Shown piece by piece: positions 50,194-58,716 of a stretch of DNA of 64,000 bases. Under the pieces are notes generated by a model that was not told the DNA's origin, made no database searches, and saw nothing but the letters and a program-made list of their open reading frames with translations. Positions within the stretch are counted from its first letter, which is position 1, and every line of letters begins with the position of its first letter. Source of the stretch: a virus (lineage: Duplodnaviria; Caudoviricetes). The DNA lies in the IMG/VR virus record IMGVR_UViG_3300001528_000378, positions 1 through 64,000 of that record; one strand, 5' to 3'. Position numbers and translations under genes: made by a program.

Positions 50194-50401
50194 TTGGTAT
50201 GACAGGTGGGGAAATTTATGCACAGGCCCACTTAGTAATAAACAAGCCTATTTGGACTATCAAAAGATGTTTTATTTGTCTACACTGGCAGATATGACTG
50301 ATATTGACTATCATAAGTTTGTGGATAGTGCAACAAAAAATGTAGTAAATAGGTTCAATAAAATCATTGATTCAAAGAAAGACTTGACAAAGAACAAATA
50401 A
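50063..50401 (+). CDS. Hypothetical protein with basic N-terminus
   Basis: AAGGA RBS; ATG at 50057 or 50063; overlaps the upstream gene. Confidence 0.45.
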   Translation: MPKKLKKTSKNDLESKPKKRVKKQEVSLLQKKPNLEEFLKQASDWYDRWGNLCTGPLSNKQAYLDYQKMFYLSTLADMTDIDYHKFVDSATKNVVNRFNKIIDSKKDLTKNK

Positions 50402-50444
50402 TATAGTATAATAGGGGTTGAGGGTAGGCCCCTATTATCTTTTT
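50384..50444 (+). promoter_or_regulatory. sigma70 promoter whose -10 overlaps a terminator hairpin
   Basis: TTGACA(50384)-17-TATAAT(50407); ATAATAGGGG...CCCCTATTAT followed by CTTTTT. Confidence 0.7.
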
Positions 50445-50456
50445 ATTGGAGAGCAT

Positions 50457-50807
50457 ATGATTAGCAGAGAAGGATTTAAAAAAGCAATTAAAGCCATTGA
50501 GAATCAGCAGGATTTAATGGATAAACTAGACGATATTAATCTTATGGGTTTAGCCACAGATATTGCAGAGATTGGTTTAATTGATACATTAATATCTGTC
50601 TTGGAGGAGGCATTTAACTTGTATACAGATCCTAGATATGGGTCTACACTATCTTGGTGGATTTATGAAACTGAAAAAGACAAATCCAATGCAGTCCTAT
50701 ATGAGGATGATGGTCAGGTAAAATTAGATACAGTAGATAAACTATATGATTATTTAATAGAAGAGGGTATGCACCACGACCAAGATAAAGATAGTAAAGA
50801 TTATTAA
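50457..50807 (+). CDS. Hypothetical protein
   Basis: GGAG RBS; SWWIYE...LYDYL pattern common in phage small proteins. Confidence 0.55.
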   Translation: MISREGFKKAIKAIENQQDLMDKLDDINLMGLATDIAEIGLIDTLISVLEEAFNLYTDPRYGSTLSWWIYETEKDKSNAVLYEDDGQVKLDTVDKLYDYLIEEGMHHDQDKDSKDY

Positions 50808-50821
50808 AATAGGTAATATCA

Positions 50822-51937
50822 ATGATAAATAGTGTAAGATTAAAAGACTTTCAGGCACATAAAGATAGTAAACTAGACTTTGTAGATGGTATTAATGTGA
50901 TTACGGCTCCAAGTGGTGTAGGTAAATCATCTATTATTCGTGCCATTTCATACTTGTTTACAAATAAAAAGCCAGCCAACGTAAAGTATGAAAGACGCCC
51001 AGATTGTAAGGGATTTGAGATTGAAGTAAATGTAGATGGCCATACCATTAAAAGAGTTAAGTCTACCAAAGCCAATGAGTACCATATAGATGGTGAAGTA
51101 TATAAGGATATTGGTGTGAATGTACCAGACAGGGTGTACTCTTTAACTAATATTAAGCCCATTACAGTTGGAACGGAAGAGTTTAATATTCAGTTATCAA
51201 AGCAGTTCGACCCTCACTTTTTAATGTTTTTATCCGATTCTAGTAAGGTTAAATTTTTAAATAGGTTATCTGGTTCACATATATTGGATATTGCATTAAA
51301 AGAAACAAACAAGGACCTATTACAGATTGATAGGGATAAATTAAACAATGAAAATGAACTTACACAAGTTCAAACAAATATTAATGCTTATATTGATATT
51401 ATAGACCCCATAAAAAAGGCAGTAAGTGACGCCAAATTTCAATATGAACAGTTAAGTAAGGATGTTGATAGGTTATCCCAATTAAAGGCTTTAAAGAGCA
51501 ATTTGGACAGGTTTAACCAGCAAAAAAGAGAGTTTGATGCTTTTCAGTTAATTCTTTCAAAGGTTAATATAGAAGGCTTTGATTTTAAGATTAACAAGAT
51601 AAAAGAACTTAGAAATTTATATAATCAATATATATCTTGTATATCTGCACTCAAAAAGATAGAGGAAGCATTATCCAACATTAATAGTATCAATACCACT
51701 AGTTTGGAAAATAAAATAAAAAGACTTGACAAACTAGACTCTTTTAATGTAAAATATAAGGAGTTAAGGGTAGAACTAGATAGTCTGGATAGTCAGTTAG
51801 CAAATAATAACAGACAGATTAGTGATAATATTACTCGTGTAAAGACATTTTTGGAAAGTAACCCTAAATGTCCAACTTGTAATACTACTATTACAAAAAC
51901 TAAAATTGATAAAATTATTAAAGAATTAGAGGGATAG
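50822..51937 (+). CDS. SbcC/Rad50 N-terminal half with Zn hook
   Basis: LKDFQAH, APSGVGKS Walker A, Q-loop, coiled coil, CPTC then stop. Confidence 0.85.
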   Translation: MINSVRLKDFQAHKDSKLDFVDGINVITAPSGVGKSSIIRAISYLFTNKKPANVKYERRPDCKGFEIEVNVDGHTIKRVKSTKANEYHIDGEVYKDIGVNVPDRVYSLTNIKPITVGTEEFNIQLSKQFDPHFLMFLSDSSKVKFLNRLSGSHILDIALKETNKDLLQIDRDKLNNENELTQVQTNINAYIDIIDPIKKAVSDAKFQYEQLSKDVDRLSQLKALKSNLDRFNQQKREFDAFQLILSKVNIEGFDFKINKIKELRNLYNQYISCISALKKIEEALSNINSINTTSLENKIKRLDKLDSFNVKYKELRVELDSLDSQLANNNRQISDNITRVKTFLESNPKCPTCNTTITKTKIDKIIKELEG

Positions 51938-51940
51938 CAT

Positions 51941-52390
51941 ATGACAAAGAAACTTGAAACCACCAAAGTTAAATTATATGAATGTGTAATGAGTGATAAT
52001 GTTCACCCAAAAGTTATTAGACGCTTAGTTAGTAAAATCTGGAATATTGAGCATAGATACTATTATAATGATAAGGAGCGCTCCCTGCTTCAGTCTAAAA
52101 AAGAGTATATTAAACTAATTGCCAAGAATGCTTTAACATATCATAAATTAATGGGAACTCTTGACAATAAGGTAGACAACATTTTTAAAGAAGCAGACGG
52201 TAAGGATAAAGTAACTATTAAGCATTTAATTAATGAAATTTGCAGATGGTCTATTAAAACTTTGAGTACAAATAGCACTATTATGTATAATTCTTATGCC
52301 AAAAAATGTGCAGTTGCACTTAGTAGGTATAAACCTGGTGCGTCTTTTTACGAATTGATGTATTGTAAGGAGTTAGACGGAATTAAATGA
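51941..52390 (+). CDS. Hypothetical protein
   Basis: GAGGG RBS; coupled ORF. Confidence 0.5.
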   Translation: MTKKLETTKVKLYECVMSDNVHPKVIRRLVSKIWNIEHRYYYNDKERSLLQSKKEYIKLIAKNALTYHKLMGTLDNKVDNIFKEADGKDKVTIKHLINEICRWSIKTLSTNSTIMYNSYAKKCAVALSRYKPGASFYELMYCKELDGIK

Positions 52391-52725
52391 CATATATTTT
52401 ATTTTTTCTAATCTTATTTGCACTTGCATTATTGTGTGTTTTATTGTATAATTTGGGTGTGCTAGTTATATCCTATTGGTTAATGCGACTAAGTGTTAAA
52501 CCGATGGATATTGAAACCACATTTGAAAAGGTACAAAAAACAGTTCAGGATGGGTATTATGTTTCTGGGGGGCATGAACCTGTATTCTGGAAAGATAATA
52601 CTAGAATTTATATTAAGCACAATAAAATTATCCAAGTAGAGGACGGGTATGCTTGCTGTTTTTACATTGGGAATTTTATTGATTTTGTTAAATTTGTACA
52701 CTTTATTCAGGAGTATCAAGAATAA
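52387..52725 (+). CDS. Hypothetical membrane protein
   Basis: Hydrophobic N-terminus; ATGA and TAATG overlaps. Confidence 0.5.
   Translation: MTYILFFLILFALALLCVLLYNLGVLVISYWLMRLSVKPMDIETTFEKVQKTVQDGYYVSGGHEPVFWKDNTRIYIKHNKIIQVEDGYACCFYIGNFIDFVKFVHFIQEYQE
52424..52452 (+). promoter_or_regulatory. Possible internal promoter upstream of polA
   Basis: TTGCAT-17-TATAAT inside a coding region. Confidence 0.35.
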
Positions 52726-55700
52726 TGCCTACTTATCAGCAATATATTAAAGAAGGACACACAAAGGAAGAAGCACAGGGATTAATTGACTCTAATCCCT
52801 GCACTTTCTGTTCTCTACAAAACAACCAAATTTGCATTAAAGCAAAAGGTTATGGTGCAGAACACCCAAAGTTTATGTTAGTTTCAGATTACATTAGAAG
52901 AAACTGGGCTACCAAATCTATGCCTTTTAGTGGTAATGTAGTTGGTGAATTACAGAAAGTATTTAAAGCGTCTAATATAAACCCAGCAGAAGTTTATTTT
53001 ACTTCACTGGTAAAGTGTTCTTCTGCCAAAAGTTTGAAGTATGGTGAAGATACAAAACCAAAAAAGGATAATATCACCTACTGTTCTGCTTATTTGGAAA
53101 AAGAAATTGCTGATAAAAAACCACAAGTTATTATTGCCTGTGGTCAAATTGCTTTGGATTACTTCTTTCCAAAGTTTAAAATGGCAGAAAAGAGATGCCA
53201 AGTATTAAAGGACGAAAAGCATAATTGTTTGGTAGTACCCATCTATAATCCAGAGGCTATGACCACAACTGCGGAGTTTGATAGGATTATTACCAAGGCA
53301 TTTCAACAAGCATATAATGCAGTTTATGCTCCAGAGAAATTAAAATTCCCGGATGTTAAGTATGTAAAAGTTACAACCCTTGATATGTTAAGACAGGTCT
53401 ATACTAGAATCAAAGAGGTTGATAGGATTGCATACGACTTAGAAACCAATGGGGTTGTATACAGAACGGCTAAAATCCTTTCTGTGGGTGTATCTTGGGC
53501 AAAGAATACAGGTGTATCCTGGCCATTATGGGTAAAAGACCAAGAAGCCTACAATAAAGCATTAGAGGGATTAAAGGGTAGTGAGCGCATTAAAATGGCT
53601 TCTAAACTTGATCATGACCCCTTTATTAAAAAATTCTGGAAAGATAGTGAGTGGGACGAAGTAATGTCCATTACCAAGAATATTTTTGAGAATACCAAAT
53701 GCAAGAAAGGGGGTCATAATACTTTTTTTGATAATTTAATTCTCCATTATAATGGTATTGAGGTGAACAACTACACCTATGATACAATGGTAATGAAACA
53801 TCTATTAGATGAAGATAGTGAGAAATCCTTAGATTACTGCTCTTGGATTTATACAGATAAGGGTGGGTATAAAATGGAAAAAGAAAAATACCTCAAATCT
53901 GATAAATCTAACTTCGCCAATATTCCATTAGACGTGCTATTGGAATATAACGCGGGGGACGCTGCTTGTACCTATGAACTATATGACGTGTTTAAACCAG
54001 AAATTTTAAAAGAAGGTTTGGCATATGAACTTGCACAAATCCGTATTCCCTTACAGAAAGCATTGATGGAAGCCTGTATTGCGGGCATGCCTGTTAATAT
54101 GGACTATGTAAGAAAGACTCGTGAAGATATCAGTAAACAGCTAAAGGATTTGGAAGAACAATTATTGCCTACTATTAAAAAGTATTATGGTGATAATGCT
54201 ACTATTGTATCTAATACAGAAGAAGCCAAAGAGTGTAAAAACCCATGGAACATTAACTCCGCTCAGTCATTGAGAGATTTGTTTTTCAATAAGTTGAAAT
54301 GCAAGAGTAGTGGAACTACATCCTCTGGTTCTCAAAGTACAGACGAAAGTGCCCTATTAAAACTCCAAAGGAAGGGTGTAAAAGAAGCAGAGTTAATCTT
54401 AAAAAGAAAGAAATTATTTAAGTTTAAGACTACTTATTTGGACGATATTGAAAACATCCTAGACGAAAATAATAGGGTGCATCCTTCGTTTTCAGTTACT
54501 GGTACTGCATGTATAACGGGTGACACACTACTTCTTACAGATTCTGGATATAATCGCATGGATTCTTTGGGGGAATACAAAGAAGGTGAGTTTATACCAA
54601 AGGAATACACCATTATCAATGCAAATAAGGATGTTGAGAAGTCTAGTCATATCATTAAGTATTCTAATGTCCCAACTATTAGGATTGATACAAAATATGG
54701 GTTCCATATTGAGGGGACACACAACCATCCTGTAAAAGTAGGCAAACCAAGACAACAAAATTATAGGTACAAAGGTAATTTGGTTAAATTTAAAAAACAA
54801 GGTTTTGATACACAATTTAAGACTTTAGACAGCATTAAAGAGGGCGATTATATCGAATTAGCACTTAATACTAATGTGTTTCCAAGTAAGTATGTGCAAA
54901 CAAACCTTAAACCTTATGATTTTAAAAAGAAGCCTTATATTGCTGGAAAAATACCAGAAGTGTACAATGAAGATTTTGCGGAGTTTTTGGGAATGTATAT
55001 GAGTGATGGTTCTATTAATACAAGTAATGGCTCGTTTAGAATAACCATTACTAATGACGACCCATATGTTCAGGATAGAGTGAAATACTTAAATAAGGTA
55101 TTATTTGATGCTAATGTGTATGAATACAAAAAAAACAGAAAAGACATTTCGGATGTTTTATTAACAGGTGTGTTCTTGAGAGCATTAGAGCCTATTTTAC
55201 CTCGTGGAGCACATAATAAGTGTTTACCTATGGTTATGCTTAATTCCCCAAAATCTGTTGTATGTGCCTATATTAAGGGAAGAACACTAGATAGCACATA
55301 CATAAAGGAAAAGCACGAGTTAAAAATATCTGTTATGTCTAGCTTTGAGGCAGATTTTATACAACAATTTTTATTAAATATGGGTATTATTTCTTTCAGA
55401 AATACCTGCAAAGGAAGAAATGGGTATACCTATTATAGAATTGCTGTAAGTAATTCCAACTATGACAGGTTTAAGGAAGAAATTGGTGTAATAGAGCCAA
55501 AAAAATATGATTCTTCAAAATCAAAAGAAATGGAATCTTGCTTGTACAGTTTAGATTCAAAACAAATGCTTGTTAAAGTTATTGGTATTGAGCACAAAAC
55601 TAATGATGTGTATGATATACACGTTCCGAAAACACATAGTTTTGTGGCTGGTGGCATTGTGAATCATAACACTGGAAGGTTGTCTTCTAAGGATCCAAAT

Positions 55701-56501
55701 ATCCAGCAAATACCTCGTGATAAAACCATTAAGTGTATGTTTCAAGCACCAGAAGGGTATGAAATTGGTGAAGTGGACTTCTCACAGGCAGAATTAAGGG
55801 TTATGGCTGCTTTATCAAATGATACAAGTATGAAACGTATCTATGAGAGAGATGGAGATATTCATATGGAATTGGCAGTAGACTGTTTTAAAAAGCCTGC
55901 TTCTGAAATAACAAAGGATGAGCGCTCTATTGCAAAATCAATTAATTTCGGCATTGGGTATGGTGCTGGTGCTACTACACTTAAAGACACCCTAGAGGAT
56001 GCTGGTGTAATTATAACAAAGAATGAAGCTCAGAAATATATTGATACCTGGCATAAGAAGTTCAATATGGCATCATCATTCCTAATGGGGTGTAACAGAA
56101 GATTTATACAAACACACCTATTACAAACCCCTTTTGGTAGGCGTAGGCGTATGTTTAAGGATTTTAAAGACGACTATATTACACAAGCAAAAGGTAGAGA
56201 GGGTCAAAACTTTGTTATACAGGGGTGCGCTGCAGAAATAGCATTCTTATCCCTTATCAATATATCTCGTGAAGTTAAAAAGTTTGGTGGTAGGGTAATA
56301 TCCACCGTCCATGACTCTATCTTAATTGAGTATCCAGTTGAACAAAGAAAGAATATTGCTCACATTTGTAAGAAGTATACTTGGGTTACATACCCATTCT
56401 TAAATGGACTGTATATGAATAGCGACTTGGAAGCTGCAAAAGAATGGGGAAATAAAAAGCCAGTTAACATGGATACCGGGGAGTTTGAAAAAGATGATTA
56501 G
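52725..56501 (+). CDS. polA: Family A DNA polymerase with N-terminal UDG4-like domain, 3'-5' exonuclease and intein
   Basis: Exo motifs DLET, HN..FD, YN..D; pol motifs DFSQAELR, KSINFG..YG, VHDS; TGRLSS. Confidence 0.92.
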   Translation: MPTYQQYIKEGHTKEEAQGLIDSNPCTFCSLQNNQICIKAKGYGAEHPKFMLVSDYIRRNWATKSMPFSGNVVGELQKVFKASNINPAEVYFTSLVKCSSAKSLKYGEDTKPKKDNITYCSAYLEKEIADKKPQVIIACGQIALDYFFPKFKMAEKRCQVLKDEKHNCLVVPIYNPEAMTTTAEFDRIITKAFQQAYNAVYAPEKLKFPDVKYVKVTTLDMLRQVYTRIKEVDRIAYDLETNGVVYRTAKILSVGVSWAKNTGVSWPLWVKDQEAYNKALEGLKGSERIKMASKLDHDPFIKKFWKDSEWDEVMSITKNIFENTKCKKGGHNTFFDNLILHYNGIEVNNYTYDTMVMKHLLDEDSEKSLDYCSWIYTDKGGYKMEKEKYLKSDKSNFANIPLDVLLEYNAGDAACTYELYDVFKPEILKEGLAYELAQIRIPLQKALMEACIAGMPVNMDYVRKTREDISKQLKDLEEQLLPTIKKYYGDNATIVSNTEEAKECKNPWNINSAQSLRDLFFNKLKCKSSGTTSSGSQSTDESALLKLQRKGVKEAELILKRKKLFKFKTTYLDDIENILDENNRVHPSFSVTGTACITGDTLLLTDSGYNRMDSLGEYKEGEFIPKEYTIINANKDVEKSSHIIKYSNVPTIRIDTKYGFHIEGTHNHPVKVGKPRQQNYRYKGNLVKFKKQGFDTQFKTLDSIKEGDYIELALNTNVFPSKYVQTNLKPYDFKKKPYIAGKIPEVYNEDFAEFLGMYMSDGSINTSNGSFRITITNDDPYVQDRVKYLNKVLFDANVYEYKKNRKDISDVLLTGVFLRALEPILPRGAHNKCLPMVMLNSPKSVVCAYIKGRTLDSTYIKEKHELKISVMSSFEADFIQQFLLNMGIISFRNTCKGRNGYTYYRIAVSNSNYDRFKEEIGVIEPKKYDSSKSKEMESCLYSLDSKQMLVKVIGIEHKTNDVYDIHVPKTHSFVAGGIVNHNTGRLSSKDPNIQQIPRDKTIKCMFQAPEGYEIGEVDFSQAELRVMAALSNDTSMKRIYERDGDIHMELAVDCFKKPASEITKDERSIAKSINFGIGYGAGATTLKDTLEDAGVIITKNEAQKYIDTWHKKFNMASSFLMGCNRRFIQTHLLQTPFGRRRRMFKDFKDDYITQAKGREGQNFVIQGCAAEIAFLSLINISREVKKFGGRVISTVHDSILIEYPVEQRKNIAHICKKYTWVTYPFLNGLYMNSDLEAAKEWGNKKPVNMDTGEFEKDD
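54510..55670 (+). mobile_element. Intein with LAGLIDADG-type domain (387 aa)
   Basis: Starts CITGDT; GTHNHP block B; FLGMYMSDG; ends VYDIHV...VNHN before +1 Thr; removal restores TGTA-TGRLSS. Confidence 0.9.
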
Positions 56502-56730
56502 TATAACTTTAAATGATAATAATACGGTCTCTATCAAGGATAAAGAAACTATCCTTGGTAGGACTGTGTGGTATAAAACATCAGACGGTAGTTTTAAAAA
56601 AGGTAAAATTGTATCGTTAGAAACGGATATGGATAGCCTCTGGTATTACAAACCAGAGGGATATGACTGTTTTATTAGAAGAAGCAGTATTTTTACAGAA
56701 GAGGAGTATAATAGGAGGACACATGAGTAG
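56494..56730 (+). CDS. Hypothetical protein
   Basis: Short ORF overlapping the polA stop. Confidence 0.5.
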   Translation: MISITLNDNNTVSIKDKETILGRTVWYKTSDGSFKKGKIVSLETDMDSLWYYKPEGYDCFIRRSSIFTEEEYNRRTHE

Positions 56731-56878
56731 AAAGTATGGATTATCATTTTCATGGAAAAGAGCTATTGGGCTATCTGGATTAAAGAGTAGTATTGCAAAT
56801 AGAACAGGTATTCCACTAACAAAGAGTGGTTGGGAGCGCAAAATAGGTAGGATTTTACTAGATTTATTCTTTAAGTAG
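56723..56878 (+). CDS. Small basic protein (GLSFSWKRA...TGIPLT type)
   Basis: AGGAGG RBS; 51 aa. Confidence 0.65.
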   Translation: MSRKYGLSFSWKRAIGLSGLKSSIANRTGIPLTKSGWERKIGRILLDLFFK

Positions 56879-56903
56879 TTTACATTTTGGTATAATATAG
56901 AGG
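56876..56903 (+). promoter_or_regulatory. Conserved 28-bp motif, copy 4
   Basis: TAGTTTACATTTTGGTATAATATAGAGG; leading TAG is the upstream stop codon; ATG at 56910. Confidence 0.7.
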
Positions 56904-56909
56904 TAATGT

Positions 56910-57227
56910 ATGAATACCAAATATAAGAGAATAAAAAGATTTAGTAAGTTTTTAGTCACCAAGAAAATATCTGGTGGTATAAGGTATTTACTGGCACCAA
57001 TTAAGTTTGAAAGAGGTCCAGTTTTGATGGCTTCTGAAACAGTAGGTATAAGAAGGACAAGTTCAGATTTTGTATTTTACAAGGGTGAACAGTCCAAACC
57101 TGTTATAACTGGAAGTATTTTATTAGTTGATTCCTCTACTAAACTTCTATCCTCTGAAAATATGGACGTATCCTACATTAACACCCCCCAAGTGCTGAAA
57201 GATTCTTTAAGTGGGGCTTCTGACTAA
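56910..57227 (+). CDS. Hypothetical protein (probably late)
   Basis: First gene after motif copy 4. Confidence 0.5.
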   Translation: MNTKYKRIKRFSKFLVTKKISGGIRYLLAPIKFERGPVLMASETVGIRRTSSDFVFYKGEQSKPVITGSILLVDSSTKLLSSENMDVSYINTPQVLKDSLSGASD

Positions 57228-58714
57228 TGGAAAAATCAAAACTCTATCAATATAAAGACATCAGTAAGAGTAGTGCTATGAGTTATAAAGGTACACTTGC
57301 ACTAAAACTTACTGATGATTTTCAATATAATGTAAGCACTCCTGTAAATACAATAAATAACTATCAAATTAATACAGATGCTATTGTAGTGAGCAATACA
57401 TTAGATAATAGTTCTAATATGAAATTTAACTTATCATTTAAAATAAATAAAGATATTGTTGGTATTGGTACAAAAAACATACTTGATTTCCCTGGGCTTT
57501 TAAGCGTTAAGTCTGAGAGTAATACTTTGTGGTTCAAGTTTTACTATGAGGATGCCCCGGCGTGGAAGTACATAAATGCAAGTGAGTTGATAGACGGCTG
57601 GAACAATGTGGCATTGGTTGGCGACGGCGTAAAGGTTACGCTGACAGTAAATAGTGCAGTACATACACTTTTAGATAGTTCTTTAACTAAAACATATGTT
57701 ACCTATACAGGTGGTCAGTACAAATATTTAAAGATGGACGAAACAGCCCCCATTGCTACAGCTGACTCTTGGGAAATCCAAACCACTTATACGTACCACA
57801 AGTCTGGCACAGCAAGTTACCCCTGTATTTTTGGCTATTCTGGTGGTAGTGATTATAAGACACCCAGTTTAATTAATGAGGGCGGAAGTTATAGATTATA
57901 TTTGTCTTCTACTGGTAGCAGTTGGAATTTAAACACCACCAACACTGGTTTTATCCCAGAAGATGGTAAAACTTACGACATTGTAGCAGGATTTACAGGT
58001 TCACAGTACTATGTGAAGTGGCGTCTGTTTGGTACGACAGAGTGGACAGGTAATTGGACGTTAGATTCTACGACCAAAGTTTATTGTAGTGCACCATTTT
58101 ATTGGTTGAACTTATCATTAAATAGTTATAACTACTACAATGCAGGTGAACTCTACATGTCCAATACCAAGATTATTGTGAATGGAGATACTTGGTTTGA
58201 TGGTGCAGGCGATACTGGGTTCACTAATACAGACTGTACAAAGAATACTATCGTTGATGGACCAAAATATCCTGTGCTGTCTTTGGGCACTTTAAAAACT
58301 TACCAGTCTTGGTTGTACTTAAAAGATATTGAAGCTTTAAAAATTGAAAGTGAAGAGCCCGGTGGAAGTGAAGAACCAGACACCCCTACGTATGACGATG
58401 AGGGCGCTCCGGTAGCAGCAAAAGATTTACCAGATGGCTGGGCTATGTGGAAGATAATATCTAGCGAACAGGACTATACTGGTACGTTATGGTATAGATA
58501 CACACTTTCGGTTCCTTATTTTGACAGCAATAATACATATCACAGTTCGAGTGATGTCTATATTCTTCCTAATGCCGACAACAGTAATCTGGCCGGTATT
58601 TTCATAGAACTTGGTGCCTCGGGTGGTGTCAATAATATGGAATACTATGTACCACCATCATATATGCCGAAAGAAGCAAAGTTAATATTGGATAAAACAG
58701 TAAAGGATAAATAA
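57227..58714 (+). CDS. Lectin (LamG/ConA-like) domain virion or receptor-binding protein
   Basis: DGWNNVAL...VTLTVN and PEDGKTYDIVA beta-sandwich patterns; acidic Pro linker. Confidence 0.5.
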   Translation: MEKSKLYQYKDISKSSAMSYKGTLALKLTDDFQYNVSTPVNTINNYQINTDAIVVSNTLDNSSNMKFNLSFKINKDIVGIGTKNILDFPGLLSVKSESNTLWFKFYYEDAPAWKYINASELIDGWNNVALVGDGVKVTLTVNSAVHTLLDSSLTKTYVTYTGGQYKYLKMDETAPIATADSWEIQTTYTYHKSGTASYPCIFGYSGGSDYKTPSLINEGGSYRLYLSSTGSSWNLNTTNTGFIPEDGKTYDIVAGFTGSQYYVKWRLFGTTEWTGNWTLDSTTKVYCSAPFYWLNLSLNSYNYYNAGELYMSNTKIIVNGDTWFDGAGDTGFTNTDCTKNTIVDGPKYPVLSLGTLKTYQSWLYLKDIEALKIESEEPGGSEEPDTPTYDDEGAPVAAKDLPDGWAMWKIISSEQDYTGTLWYRYTLSVPYFDSNNTYHSSSDVYILPNADNSNLAGIFIELGASGGVNNMEYYVPPSYMPKEAKLILDKTVKDK

Positions 58715-58716
58715 TT

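Noticed and set aside
33502-55670. Insertions in helicase and polymerase as group I introns
   Set aside because: Both are in frame, stop-free and have intein terminal residues
649-56903. 28-bp motif as a CRISPR repeat or invertase site
   Set aside because: Copies are kilobases apart, all in direct orientation and tied to start codons; no spacers, cas genes or site-specific recombinase seen
49981-58380. Near-identical 20-mer encoding GGSEEP at 49981 and 58361
   Set aside because: Short, low-complexity linker sequence in unrelated genes; chance is sufficient
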